A DNA stretch of 45,308 bases from an uncultured Bacilli bacterium (GCA_944368945.1 CALVXH010000003.1:1-45308), one strand, 5' to 3'. Counted from the first letter of the stretch, positions 8,083-18,969 are shown. Numbers and translations are program-made. Notes: a model not told the origin generated them from the sequence alone.

Positions 8083-9953
8083 AATTTGTTCCCTTTTCTT
8101 AAATTCATTACTAATATAGAAATATCACTAGGATTAACTCCACTAATTCTGCTAGCTTGTCCAATAGTTAAAGGCTTAACAGCGTTCAATTTTTGTCTTG
8201 CCTCTAATCTAAGACCATCCATATTAGAATAATCGGTATCTTTATTTAATTTAATATCTTCTAATTTTCTAAATTTAATAGCTTCTTTTCTTTCACTTTC
8301 GATATAGCCTTCGTATTTGATGCTAACTTCTAATTCGAACTCTCCTAAATTATCTAGTTCTAAATCACTATTAAGATTTAAATAATTCTTTAATTCATGG
8401 TAAGACACACCATTTCGTTTAAGTAAGTCTTTTCCACTTACACCATATGTCAATTTATCGTATCCTAGTTTAACTAAATAATCATTAATAGGACTTGTAG
8501 CACCAAAAAAAGTATCATTCAAAATAGAAGTTATTTCATTAAATTTCTCTTTTTTATTTAAAAATTTTTGATAACGCTCTTCACTAATTAAGCCATATTT
8601 ATGTCCAAAATCAGTAAGTCTTAAATCTGCATTATCACTTCTTAAAAGTAATCTATATTCAGCTCTACTTGATAATAACCTATATGGTTCTTTTGCACCT
8701 TTAGTAATTAAATCATCGATCATAACACCAATATATGCTTCATCACGTTTCAAAATAAATGGTTCTTCACCTTTAATATATAATGAAGCATTGACACCAG
8801 CCATTAAACCTAATCCAGCAGCTTCCTCATATCCACTAGTGCCACAAATTTGGCCACCAATAAATAATCCAGGATACTTTTTAATCATTAAAGTTGAATC
8901 ATATTCATCAGTTTCAAAAGCATCATATTCAATCGCATATGCATATTTTAATATTTTTGCATTTTGTAATCCTGGCAAAGAATGGACCATTAAATCTTGG
9001 ATATTTTCTGGCATACTTGTAGAAAAACCCTGCAAATATATACTATTTGTATCGTAACTTTCTGGCTCTAAAAATAATTGATGTCTAGGTTTATCACTAA
9101 ATCTAACAATCTTATCTTCAATAGAAGGGCAGTATCTTGGTCCGATTCCTTCTACTAATCCACCATACATCGCACTATCTTTTAAATGCTCACGTATGAT
9201 TTTATGAGTCTCCGCAGTTGTGTAAATTAAGTAACATGGAATTTGATCTTTTATTTTAATAAATGAGTGAGTTTCATAGCTAAAAGCTTGATCTTCTACA
9301 TTTCCATATTGGACTTCTGTTTGGCTATAATCTATTGACTCTTTAGCGATTCTTTGAGGAGTACCCGTTTTTAAACGTTGAAGTCTAATACCCATTTCTT
9401 TAAGACAATCACTAAGTCCAATTGAAGGCTTTTCTCCATCAGGACCGCCCATATATTTAGTATGTCCTCTAAGAATATCACTATTCATATATGTTCCAGT
9501 TGTTAAAATAACAGCTTTAGAATAAATCTTTTTATCTGAAGTAAATACACCTAAAATTTTATTTCCTTCGTATAAAATTCCTTTAACTTCATCTTCAAGA
9601 ACAGTTAAATTTGGTGTGTTTAAAAGAACCTCTTGCATATGATGAGGATAACGTTTTTTATCAGCTTGTGCTCTTAAGCATTGTACTCCAGGTCCTTTTT
9701 TGGTATTAAGCATCTTCATTTGTAGATACTCTTGATCACATACTTTACCCATAAATCCACCAAGAGCATCTATTTCCCTAACAACAATGCCTTTAGCACT
9801 CCCACCAATAGAAGGATTACATGGCATATTAGCCATCATCTTAATATTTAGTGAAATTAATAATGTTTTATCACCACGATGAGCACACGCTAAAGCAGCC
9901 TCGCTTCCTGCGTGGCCTCCACCAACAACAATAATATCGTAATCAAATTGCAT
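8079..9953 (-). CDS. mnmG: tRNA uridine-5-carboxymethylaminomethyl modification enzyme
   Basis: VVGGGHAGSEA, CNPSIGG, RLKTGTP, GPRYCPSIEDK, GTSGYEEAA, SRAEYRL motifs. Confidence 0.98.
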   Translation of the reverse strand: MQFDYDIIVVGGGHAGSEAALACAHRGDKTLLISLNIKMMANMPCNPSIGGSAKGIVVREIDALGGFMGKVCDQEYLQMKMLNTKKGPGVQCLRAQADKKRYPHHMQEVLLNTPNLTVLEDEVKGILYEGNKILGVFTSDKKIYSKAVILTTGTYMNSDILRGHTKYMGGPDGEKPSIGLSDCLKEMGIRLQRLKTGTPQRIAKESIDYSQTEVQYGNVEDQAFSYETHSFIKIKDQIPCYLIYTTAETHKIIREHLKDSAMYGGLVEGIGPRYCPSIEDKIVRFSDKPRHQLFLEPESYDTNSIYLQGFSTSMPENIQDLMVHSLPGLQNAKILKYAYAIEYDAFETDEYDSTLMIKKYPGLFIGGQICGTSGYEEAAGLGLMAGVNASLYIKGEEPFILKRDEAYIGVMIDDLITKGAKEPYRLLSSRAEYRLLLRSDNADLRLTDFGHKYGLISEERYQKFLNKKEKFNEITSILNDTFFGATSPINDYLVKLGYDKLTYGVSGKDLLKRNGVSYHELKNYLNLNSDLELDNLGEFELEVSIKYEGYIESERKEAIKFRKLEDIKLNKDTDYSNMDGLRLEARQKLNAVKPLTIGQASRISGVNPSDISILVMNLRKGNKL

Positions 9954-9963
9954 AGCGAATAGT

Positions 9964-9992
9964 ATTTTATATTTATTCCTTAATTAATGCAA
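9964..9992 (-). promoter_or_regulatory. Putative sigma-A promoter for mnmG-rsmG-parA-parB
   Basis: TTGCAT-17 nt-TAAAAT ending 10 nt before the ATG. Confidence 0.55.
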
Positions 9993-10006
9993 GAAAGTGT
10001 AGGTAA

Positions 10007-11410
10007 TTAACCTACACTTCCATCCATATCCATTTTAATTAATTGATTTAACTCAACGGCATATTCCATTGGCAATTCTTTTGAGAATGGTTCAATAAAT
10101 CCCATGACAATCATTTGAACTGCATCTTTTTCTTTTATTCCTCTACTCATCAGATAGAATAATTGATCTTCATCTATCTTACTGACTGTTGCTTCATGCT
10201 CTAAGTAAGAGGAGTTATTTTGACATTCATTCTTTGGAATAGTATCGCTTTTTGAGATTGAATCAAGAATTAAAGTATCGCATTCAATATGAGTTTTACT
10301 ATTTATAGCTTCTTTTTTAATTCTTGCTGTACCTCTATAGTTACTAATTCCACCATTTTTAACAATAGATTTGGAGATGATTGAACTTGTAGTATTTGGA
10401 GCTTCATGAATCATTCTTGCTCCAGCATCTTGGTATTGCCCTTTTCCAGCAACAGCAATAGAAATACAAAGTCCTTTAGCACCTTCACCTTTTAAAATGC
10501 AAGCTGGATATTTCATGTTGATTTGACTTCCAATATTTCCATCAATCCATTCCATAGTCGCATTCTCATAGCAAACTGCTCTTTTTGTAACTAAATTTAC
10601 AATATTATTAGACCAGTTTTGCACAGTTGAATATCTACATTTAGCGTTTTTCATAACAACGATTTCAACAACTGCCGCATGTAAACTTTCTTTACTATAT
10701 ATAGGAGCTGTACAACCTTCAACATAATGTACATCACTACCTTCATCACAAATAATTAAAGTTCTTTCAAATTGACCAGTCTTTTCATTATTAATTCTAA
10801 AGTATGATTGAAGAGGTTTTTCAAGTTTTACACCTTTAGGTACATAAATAAAACTTCCACCGCTCCAAACAGCACCATTTAATGCACTAAATTTATTATC
10901 AGCAACATTAATTACAGTTCCAAAAAACTTTTTTACTAAATCTGGATACATTTGTAAAGCCATATCAGTTGAAAGAAAAATAACACCTTTTTCTTCAACT
11001 TCTTTAAGCATATTATGGTAAACCATCTCACTTTCATATTGAGTAGCAGCACCACTTAAATATTTTTGTTCAGCCTCAGGAATACCAAGTTTATTAAATG
11101 TATTTTTAATTGTTTCAGGTACTTCATTCCAATCGTTTTTATCACTTTTAACATAACGCGTAAAATACGTAAAACTATCAAAATCTAAATGAGAAACATC
11201 TGGTCCAAATTTAGGAAAAGGCATTGCTTTAAATTTTTTATAAGCATCAAGACGATAATTAAGCATCCATTCAGGCTCATTTTTTGCTTTAGAAATTTCT
11301 TTAACAATTTCTTCATTTAAACCTTTGCCAGTTGTAAAAATGCTTTTTACATCATCTTTAAAATCATATTGATATTCTTTATCTATTTTAAGATTTGTAT
11401 CTTTCTCCAT
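10007..11410 (-). CDS. sufB: Fe-S cluster assembly protein SufB
   Basis: [46 protein letters not shown]. Confidence 0.97.
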   Translation of the reverse strand: MEKDTNLKIDKEYQYDFKDDVKSIFTTGKGLNEEIVKEISKAKNEPEWMLNYRLDAYKKFKAMPFPKFGPDVSHLDFDSFTYFTRYVKSDKNDWNEVPETIKNTFNKLGIPEAEQKYLSGAATQYESEMVYHNMLKEVEEKGVIFLSTDMALQMYPDLVKKFFGTVINVADNKFSALNGAVWSGGSFIYVPKGVKLEKPLQSYFRINNEKTGQFERTLIICDEGSDVHYVEGCTAPIYSKESLHAAVVEIVVMKNAKCRYSTVQNWSNNIVNLVTKRAVCYENATMEWIDGNIGSQINMKYPACILKGEGAKGLCISIAVAGKGQYQDAGARMIHEAPNTTSSIISKSIVKNGGISNYRGTARIKKEAINSKTHIECDTLILDSISKSDTIPKNECQNNSSYLEHEATVSKIDEDQLFYLMSRGIKEKDAVQMIVMGFIEPFSKELPMEYAVELNQLIKMDMDGSVG

Positions 11411-11424
11411 TTTTACTCCTTAAT

Positions 11425-11862
11425 TTATTTATGCTTATCAATAAGTTCTTCAACTCCATTAAAGCCAATTGTCGCACATTTAATACGTGCAGCTTGTTTG
11501 TGAGTATTCACAAAAGCAACGAGTTCATCGAGACAATTTTCATCAAAATCTTTTTCAAAGATCATATTTTCATATTGCTCAATGATATATCTAGTTTCTT
11601 TTAAAGTTTTACCTTTAATCATTTCACATAAGATGTCAGTACTAGCTGTAGATATAGCGCAAGCTACTCCATCAAAACAAGCATCACTAATAATATCGTT
11701 TTCGACTTTTAAATAAATAGTAATATCATCAATACATGTATCACTATCCATTCTTATACTTTCATAACTAGTTAAATCATTAGGAACGTGTTTATTTAAT
11801 GGATGTGAATAGTGATCCATAATAATTTCACGCATCATATTTGCATCAAGAGAAATAGGCAT
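11425..11862 (-). CDS. sufU: SufU sulfur-transfer protein (start likely 11862)
   Basis: REIIMDHY, TCIDDI, ACAISTAS, ARIKCA; GGAGG upstream of MPISL. Confidence 0.93.
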   Translation of the reverse strand: MPISLDANMMREIIMDHYSHPLNKHVPNDLTSYESIRMDSDTCIDDITIYLKVENDIISDACFDGVACAISTASTDILCEMIKGKTLKETRYIIEQYENMIFEKDFDENCLDELVAFVNTHKQAARIKCATIGFNGVEELIDKHK

Positions 11863-13075
11863 CGAGAAAATTACCTCCATTTTTTAAAGCTTCATATAGA
11901 GCATCAATTTCTTCTTTAGTATTATAAAAATATAAACTAATTCTTACGGTTGCGACTGTTTTTAAGACATCTTTTAATAATTTAGCACAGTGTTCTCCGC
12001 TTCTTACACAAATGTTTTTACTATTTAAATAACTTGCTTCATCTTGAGCAAAGACGCCTTTAACATTAACAGTAATAATACCAGTATCAGCAGTTGGATT
12101 ATAAATAATTAAATTATCAATAGTCTTTAATTTTGAAATAGCATAATCGTGAAGTTCTTCTTCATACTTTTCAATATTATCCATTCCAATTTTTGATAAA
12201 TAGGTGATCGCAGCATCTAAACCATAAATTCCAGCAAGATTCATAGTTCCAGCTTCAAATTTTGCAGGTGGTTCTAAGTAAGCAACATTTCCACACATAT
12301 CAAAACGTGCGTTATCTCCTCCGCCAGTCATAAATGGTTCTACTTTTTTAAGTAAATCAAATTTACCGTATAAAACACCAATTCCAGTAGGTCCGCACAT
12401 CTTATGTCCACTAAATGCTAAAAAATCACAATCAAGATCTTTTACATCAATTTTTATATGTGGTGCGCTTTGAGCCGCATCACAAACTAAAATTGCTCCA
12501 CCTTCATGAGCTATCTTTGCAAGTGATTTAATATCATTAATAAAGCCTAAAACATTAGTAACTTGAGCAACACTAACAACTTTAGTGTTTTTAGTCATAA
12601 CTTTTTTAAGATTTTCGCTTGTTAATCTACCTTCTTGAGTTAATGGGATATATTTAATAATAGCGCCTGTCATTTCAGCAACTTTAAACCATGGTAAAAC
12701 ATTACTAGCATGTTCAGCTTCAGTTAATAAAATTTCATCTCCAGCTTTAAGATGCTTTACTCCATATCCATAGGCTACTAAATTCATTGACATTGAACAT
12801 CCACTAGTAAATACAATCTCAGTTTTATTTGCATTTAAAAATTTAGCTACATTTGCTCTACAACGATCAACTTCAGTATCAACTTTGAAAGCCAAATCAT
12901 AATCACCTCTATGAGCGTTAGCAGAATCTTCTAAATAATATTTTGATGTTGCTTCAATAACACTATATGGTTTAAAAGTAGTTGCAGCATTATCAAGATA
13001 AATTGGAACTTTTCTAGTTCCATTTTTATCATCTAACATTGGAAAGTCTTTTCTTATTTTATATACATCAAACAT
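11846..13075 (-). CDS. sufS: Cysteine desulfurase SufS
   Basis: YLDNAAT, EHASN, FSGHKMCGPTGIG, KFEAGT, RSGEHCA. Confidence 0.97.
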   Translation of the reverse strand: MFDVYKIRKDFPMLDDKNGTRKVPIYLDNAATTFKPYSVIEATSKYYLEDSANAHRGDYDLAFKVDTEVDRCRANVAKFLNANKTEIVFTSGCSMSMNLVAYGYGVKHLKAGDEILLTEAEHASNVLPWFKVAEMTGAIIKYIPLTQEGRLTSENLKKVMTKNTKVVSVAQVTNVLGFINDIKSLAKIAHEGGAILVCDAAQSAPHIKIDVKDLDCDFLAFSGHKMCGPTGIGVLYGKFDLLKKVEPFMTGGGDNARFDMCGNVAYLEPPAKFEAGTMNLAGIYGLDAAITYLSKIGMDNIEKYEEELHDYAISKLKTIDNLIIYNPTADTGIITVNVKGVFAQDEASYLNSKNICVRSGEHCAKLLKDVLKTVATVRISLYFYNTKEEIDALYEALKNGGNFLDAYFS

Positions 13076-13869
13076 TAAAAATCACCCTCCACATAATTAA
13101 CAATTTTATTTTTATCTTCTTCATCAAAATAATCTTTAATTGGTAAAAGATAACCCATAATGATTAATCTACGAGCCTCTTCTAAAGATAAGCCCCTACT
13201 TAATAAATAAAATATGTGATCATTATTTAATGAACCAATAGCACATGCATGGCTAGCAATAATATCATCACAATCAATCTTTAAAATAGGGTTGGCAATT
13301 GCTCTAGATTTTTCATCAAATAAAAGGCATTTAACCTTTTGATGGGCTTCGCTTTTAATGGCATTTTCTTTAATATGAGAAACTCCATTAATTTTAATAA
13401 AACTATCATCCATAGCTACGCCATATCCTTCAAAATTTGAAGTTGTATATCCTACTTCATGATTAAATGATATGTCATAATTTTTAAGATTAGTGCCTTT
13501 AGCTAAACTAGTAAAATATACATTAGTATTTGAATTATTTTTTAATAAATTAATGTTAGATTTAACTGTGGTATTTTCTTTACAATAATCTGCAAAATAT
13601 AAATTAAAAGTTGAGTTTTCGTTTAAATTTCCCTGCAAATTGATTGTTTTTTCTTCATTTTCAATTAAAAACTTAACTTGGCAAAAAGAGTTATCACTTA
13701 TATTAAAGCTAAGGCTAGTATTTTTATTAAAACCAATTAATAATAAATCTACTTTAATATTTTTAAGGACCTCAAAAGTTGCACTTTGATTATATTTTGT
13801 TAAATCAAAGACATATTTTCCATCCTTATTAATAGATATAATATTTTCTAAACTATTTACTTGTTCCAT
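13075..13869 (-). CDS. sufD: SufD (short form; start likely 13869)
   Basis: NPILKIDCDDIIASHACAIG, FYLLSRGLS; position between sufC and sufS. Confidence 0.9.
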   Translation of the reverse strand: MEQVNSLENIISINKDGKYVFDLTKYNQSATFEVLKNIKVDLLLIGFNKNTSLSFNISDNSFCQVKFLIENEEKTINLQGNLNENSTFNLYFADYCKENTTVKSNINLLKNNSNTNVYFTSLAKGTNLKNYDISFNHEVGYTTSNFEGYGVAMDDSFIKINGVSHIKENAIKSEAHQKVKCLLFDEKSRAIANPILKIDCDDIIASHACAIGSLNNDHIFYLLSRGLSLEEARRLIIMGYLLPIKDYFDEEDKNKIVNYVEGDF

Positions 13870-14689
13870 TTTTAACATACTCTTTAGTTGCACAAACACC
13901 AATTGAAACTTTATTCATTGGTTGTTCTTCTTTTTCAATATTAATTCCATATTCGTCTTTAATCCATTCGTATCCTTCTTTATCGATACGTTTATAAATT
14001 TCTGGACCACCTTCACATGCAACTTTTCCATTTACAATAACAACCGATCTAGTTGGTTTAATTAATTCAAATAGTCTAGCATAATGAGAAATAATTAAAA
14101 AACCTGTATGTTTTTCTTCAAATTGTTTATTTATGCAGTCACTTACAATATTAATTGCATCAACATCAAGTCCACTATCAATTTCATCAAGCATTGCAAT
14201 ACTAGGATTCAATAATAACATTTGAAGGATTTCATTCCTTTTTTTCTCTCCTCCACTAAATCCATCATTAAGTGAACGGTTAAACATTTCAAAAGGAATT
14301 TTAACTTCCTTTGTTGCTTGATCAAGTATTTTATAAAATTGATATAATGATACTCTTTTTTCAGAATGTTCATTGATAGCAGCCTTTAAAAAATCTGCAC
14401 TATTTACTCCAGGAATTTCGCTTGGATTTTGGAAGCATAAAAATAATCCTTTTTTACTTCTAGTTGGAACATCCATTTCAAGAACATTTTCACCATCAAG
14501 GAAAATCTCCCCTTTTGTAATTTTATAGCGTGGATTCCCCATAATTGCGTTGAAAAGCGTACTTTTTCCATGCCCATTAGGACCAAGTAAAGCAACTTTT
14601 TCTCCTTCGCTAACTTCAAGATTTATTCCTTTTAGAATCTCTTGTCCTTCGACTTCTACATGTAAATCTTTAATTACTAATTTCTTCAT
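13853..14689 (-). CDS. sufC: Fe-S assembly ATPase SufC
   Basis: GPNGHGKST, FSGGEKKRNEILQ, LDEIDSGLDVDA, ISHY. Confidence 0.97.
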   Translation of the reverse strand: MKKLVIKDLHVEVEGQEILKGINLEVSEGEKVALLGPNGHGKSTLFNAIMGNPRYKITKGEIFLDGENVLEMDVPTRSKKGLFLCFQNPSEIPGVNSADFLKAAINEHSEKRVSLYQFYKILDQATKEVKIPFEMFNRSLNDGFSGGEKKRNEILQMLLLNPSIAMLDEIDSGLDVDAINIVSDCINKQFEEKHTGFLIISHYARLFELIKPTRSVVIVNGKVACEGGPEIYKRIDKEGYEWIKDEYGINIEKEEQPMNKVSIGVCATKEYVKNGTSK

Positions 14690-14880
14690 CTTTCTGTCCT
14701 CAAGTCTATTATATTAAATCAAAATTCAAATTTATGGAATTATAATGACCATTTTTTTAACAAAAATTAATAAATTGAGTTAATAAACTAAATCAACCCT
14801 TAAAAAATCAATTTAAAAAAATTATTATTTATCAAATTCTATCAAACTTCCTGTATAATATGTAAGAATCAAAAAAGTTA

Positions 14881-14909
14881 TTGAGTTATTTATACTTAAA
14901 GTATAAAAT
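14881..14909 (+). promoter_or_regulatory. Putative sigma-A promoter of the lipoprotein operon with an overlapping 9-1-9 palindrome
   Basis: TTGAGT-17 nt-TAAAAT; TTTATACTT-A-AAGTATAAA at 14889-14907. Confidence 0.55.
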
Positions 14910-14959
14910 GATAACGCTATTTGATTGAGCAATATTTTTTTATTTGAAAGGAAAACTAT

Positions 14960-17077
14960 ATGAAGAATGGAAAAAAAGCGATAAGTTTAGTGTTTACTGC
15001 TTTAGCTGTTGTTTCTCTTTCAGGATGTAGTGATGTTACTACTAATAGTGATGGTAAAATTTTAACCTACACTTATCAAGGTCAACATTTAGATATTTCA
15101 ACAGATGATATCATCCAAAAATATCTTAACGAATCTAGAGATGAACATGCAAAAGCATTCTATGATGCACTTTATGAAATCGTTGTCCGCGCTAGCTTTG
15201 AAAAAGGTGGTGATTTAAGCACTTATAAAGACGCTGTAGAAGCTACTGCTAGAGATGCAGTCGAAGAAGCTAAAGATAGCGCAGATAATTCAGGAACAAG
15301 TTGGCATGATTACTTAGTTAATCAAGGATACAACGATGCTAACATGACTGATTCAGAAAGAGAAAATGAATTCTACCTTGATAAACTTTATACAGCAATG
15401 ACTGGCAGAGTTGACACTGAATTCAATAGCAAATTCAAAACTTGGGTTGTTTCAAATGATGAGGTACAAAAACAATATAATGCTCTTTGGGGCGTTAATG
15501 GTTATATCAATAAAAAACTTCCTTACCATGTAAAACACATCCTTGTTAAGGTTGATGCTAGCGATGATAATGGATATTCACGTGGTCACATCTCAAGTGA
15601 TAATGCTGCAAAGTTGTATAACACTATTACAAGTTTAGTTGAAGGCAACTCTTTTAGTAATGTCGCAAAGAACTACTCTGATGATACAGGTAGTAATACT
15701 AAAGGTGGTGAATACATTATGGATACTGAAGCTGGTTTCGTTAACGAATTCCAACTTGGTATTTATACCTATGACACAATTATTAATCCACAATATAAAG
15801 AACAGCCTAATTATGATGAAAAACTTGATGTATTAAATATTACTGAAGATGCACAAGATGAATTAACTGATTTTGGTGTCACATTCATTCCTTATGGTGT
15901 TGTTGATGAATTAAACAAAGTAAAAGATAAAACTACTACTGATAATGGCTTAACAATATATGATGGTGATGAAGACTACTTCCCAAGAAATATTTACTTC
16001 AATAAGTATTTCCAAAATCGTAATGTAGGCTTTATTACAAATGAAACTGCATTTGCAGAAGCAGATTTCCCTACTGATTTCGTAAATCCTGGTGAAACTG
16101 GCGATAATAATGCTGTTGGATATAGAAAATTTGAAGATAATGTCTCAGGAAGTTCAGTCTTTACAGATATTGATACTACAGGACACTATAAAACATCAGG
16201 TATAGAATTCTTTAAATCTGGTGATGATGATGAGCGAGCAAAAAGGTTTAAACCTTTAACAGTCTCGATTGAAGGCCAACCAGTCACTAAAAATGTTCTT
16301 TGTGATACAGAAGGAAACCCTATCTTAGTTGTTAGAAATCAAGAATCATCAGGTGGTGTCCATTTCATTATTGTTGAAAGATCAGCATTTGATGAAAATG
16401 ATGTTAACTTTGATTACAGTGGATATAAAGAAGCTGGTGCAACTGGTTCTTCTGATGAAGAAATTTATAATGAATATCACACTACTTTAAATGAATACTA
16501 TGCTGCTGCAAACCCTAAAGAAAAAGACGGAATTAAACCTACCACAAATAAACCATATTATGTTGGTGGTGATTTATTCCCAGCATATGAATATGAAAAA
16601 GGCGCATATGTTCCTAAGAAAACTTATGTGCAACAAAATATCGTCACCTCTTCTCCAACAAACTATGTAAACGATACTGTTGAAAATTACAATTTAAGAG
16701 TTGATGATATTGATAAAAAGATTGATGGTATGTCTTCAACAACACAATTCAGTAAATATGAATGGTTAAATAGCACATTGAATTTAAGTTTGAATGAATT
16801 CACAGATGCAAAAGTCGATGTACAAGGATTAGTTGACAGATACATTAATACACAAATGAATTCTCAAGAAAGAAGCTCAGCAAAATCCATGCAAGATAAA
16901 TGGACAGCGTATGTTGCTTCAATTAGAAAACAATCTTGGGAAAGAGAATATAACTTATTACCTGAAATTTTAGCAGCTGATTTCGGAAATCCAGAATTAT
17001 ATAAAAATGGTGCTCCAGGTTATAATGCAAAATATTATACAGTCAATGGAAATTTAACTACAGGAGGTAATAACTAA
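14960..17077 (+). CDS. Large lipoprotein with parvulin (PpiC-type) PPIase motifs; expanded PrsA-like foldase
   Basis: Lipobox LSGC; 'YHVKHILVK', 'FSNVAKNYSDDTGSNTKGGEY', 'FVNEF', 'GGVHFIIVE'; located beside hit and yhaM as prsA is in Bacilli. Confidence 0.75.
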   Translation: MKNGKKAISLVFTALAVVSLSGCSDVTTNSDGKILTYTYQGQHLDISTDDIIQKYLNESRDEHAKAFYDALYEIVVRASFEKGGDLSTYKDAVEATARDAVEEAKDSADNSGTSWHDYLVNQGYNDANMTDSERENEFYLDKLYTAMTGRVDTEFNSKFKTWVVSNDEVQKQYNALWGVNGYINKKLPYHVKHILVKVDASDDNGYSRGHISSDNAAKLYNTITSLVEGNSFSNVAKNYSDDTGSNTKGGEYIMDTEAGFVNEFQLGIYTYDTIINPQYKEQPNYDEKLDVLNITEDAQDELTDFGVTFIPYGVVDELNKVKDKTTTDNGLTIYDGDEDYFPRNIYFNKYFQNRNVGFITNETAFAEADFPTDFVNPGETGDNNAVGYRKFEDNVSGSSVFTDIDTTGHYKTSGIEFFKSGDDDERAKRFKPLTVSIEGQPVTKNVLCDTEGNPILVVRNQESSGGVHFIIVERSAFDENDVNFDYSGYKEAGATGSSDEEIYNEYHTTLNEYYAAANPKEKDGIKPTTNKPYYVGGDLFPAYEYEKGAYVPKKTYVQQNIVTSSPTNYVNDTVENYNLRVDDIDKKIDGMSSTTQFSKYEWLNSTLNLSLNEFTDAKVDVQGLVDRYINTQMNSQERSSAKSMQDKWTAYVASIRKQSWEREYNLLPEILAADFGNPELYKNGAPGYNAKYYTVNGNLTTGGNN

Positions 17078-18960
17078 TGAAAAAGAGAAATTTATTAATC
17101 ACATTAGCTTGTTCTACATTATTATTAACTTCATGTGATAAGATTACTGCTACTCTACCAAATGGAGATCATCAATTAGTTAATACACAAATTTATATTG
17201 ACCACAACACACTTTCAACAATTTATGACACTATTAAAGGCGGAGATAGTTACGCAAGTAATGTCAATGATCTTTTAACTCAAGGAATTGCTGAAGCTGT
17301 CTTAGGAAAATATGAAGTTGTTCTAGATTCAAATGCTGCTCATGGTTATAAAATTAACCTTTCAGGATACGATGATGTTGATGATGATAAGAAAACTGAA
17401 TTTATCAATAATCATCCTGCATATAACAATTGGCAAAGTAGTTCATATAAATTAACACTTGCTACTAAAGCTCCTTCTAAAGAAGAATTCGAAGCAAGAG
17501 TTAATATAATAAAGAATTTAATTGATAAACAAATTGTTACCACAATGTGGAGTGAGGCAAATGCTACATCATATAAGAGAAACAATAGATTCTACGAAGT
17601 TTTATACGCAAGAAATTTAAGTGATAAATTATATGATGTCACTGATGGAGCAGGAAAAGCAATTAGTGATGATATAATTTATAATGAGCAAATCAACTAT
17701 GAATATGGTGAAAATGCATTATATGAAGAAGTAAATGGTAAATTTAATGGCTTCAATGAATATGCTGCGGGTACAAACTTATTTGGTGGATATTTTACTC
17801 AATATGCATTGATTGACGGAAAATATGATTCTTCTACAGAAGCAGGTAGAGAAAATATTAAATCAATTCTCCACTTAAACTACTATCTTGATTACATTAA
17901 TTCTTCAATTATGCCAACAATTATGAAGAATTTACTCATTGAACAATATGTTTTACAAGAACAATATGTTGCAATTGGTAATACAGGTTCTAGAAAAGTT
18001 AACTACATCGCTATTACAAATAACGCTGATAAAGATGGCGATAAATTCTTCGATGAATTCTTAAATAAATATTTCACTGGTTCAGATGATAAATACTTAG
18101 AAAAAGACACATTTGATAAATGGGAAATAGCAAGTGATGCATGGAAAGGTGATCCAGCAATTATTGATCCAAACGCGGAAACTAAAGCACTTGCTGAAAG
18201 TGTATTTGGCACTGCAAGTAGTGAAAATCCATCTGCAAATTCTGATGGACACAATGCTAATGATAAAAATGGTGGATATATTGCTCAATATGGTGATAAT
18301 AGAACATTAACATATTATGATGGAACACCTTATGCTGACATTATTGATGACTTCTCAACATTAACTAATAATATCACTACAAATAACACCACAAATTACA
18401 CATCATTTACAGAAATTGATAGTATTTCATATGAACCAATCGTTGGTTTATCAATCAAGATTGATTCTAACACTGTAACTGATTACACAACTTATGGTTG
18501 GCAAACAAGAGATTCCTCTTCTTTACCAGATTCCGTTAAGAACAAATTATTCTCATACGGATTTGTCAACGAATGGAATAGCGCTATTGCTAGTGATAGC
18601 AAGCAATATTCAGGTTCATACCTTTATGAAGTTGGCAATACTGGCAAGTACTTATTAAGAAAAGATACATATTCAAATTTAAATGAATCTGTATTATGGG
18701 AAGAAAGTGGATCATATTATGTTGTCGAAGTCGAAGATATTATTACTCCAGACTCAACAGCTATTACTGAAAATTTAACCGCTGAACAAAAAGTGAAAAT
18801 TGAAACTAATGCTAGAGAAGCTGCTTATACATTAGCAAGTGGATCTACATATACTACAAACGCAATGATTTATTATCTTGAACAATGTAATATTAATTAC
18901 CACGATCAAGATGTATATGATTATTTCGTTTCAACTTATCCAAGATTATTTGAGGATTAA
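17077..18960 (+). CDS. Large uncharacterised lipoprotein, possible degenerate PrsA paralog
   Basis: Lipobox LTSC; TAATG coupling to the upstream gene; weak PrsA-like segments 'RKVNYIAI', 'GSYYVVEV', 'LEQCNINYHDQDV'. Confidence 0.65.
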   Translation: MKKRNLLITLACSTLLLTSCDKITATLPNGDHQLVNTQIYIDHNTLSTIYDTIKGGDSYASNVNDLLTQGIAEAVLGKYEVVLDSNAAHGYKINLSGYDDVDDDKKTEFINNHPAYNNWQSSSYKLTLATKAPSKEEFEARVNIIKNLIDKQIVTTMWSEANATSYKRNNRFYEVLYARNLSDKLYDVTDGAGKAISDDIIYNEQINYEYGENALYEEVNGKFNGFNEYAAGTNLFGGYFTQYALIDGKYDSSTEAGRENIKSILHLNYYLDYINSSIMPTIMKNLLIEQYVLQEQYVAIGNTGSRKVNYIAITNNADKDGDKFFDEFLNKYFTGSDDKYLEKDTFDKWEIASDAWKGDPAIIDPNAETKALAESVFGTASSENPSANSDGHNANDKNGGYIAQYGDNRTLTYYDGTPYADIIDDFSTLTNNITTNNTTNYTSFTEIDSISYEPIVGLSIKIDSNTVTDYTTYGWQTRDSSSLPDSVKNKLFSYGFVNEWNSAIASDSKQYSGSYLYEVGNTGKYLLRKDTYSNLNESVLWEESGSYYVVEVEDIITPDSTAITENLTAEQKVKIETNAREAAYTLASGSTYTTNAMIYYLEQCNINYHDQDVYDYFVSTYPRLFED

Positions 18961-18969
18961 TTAAAAAAT

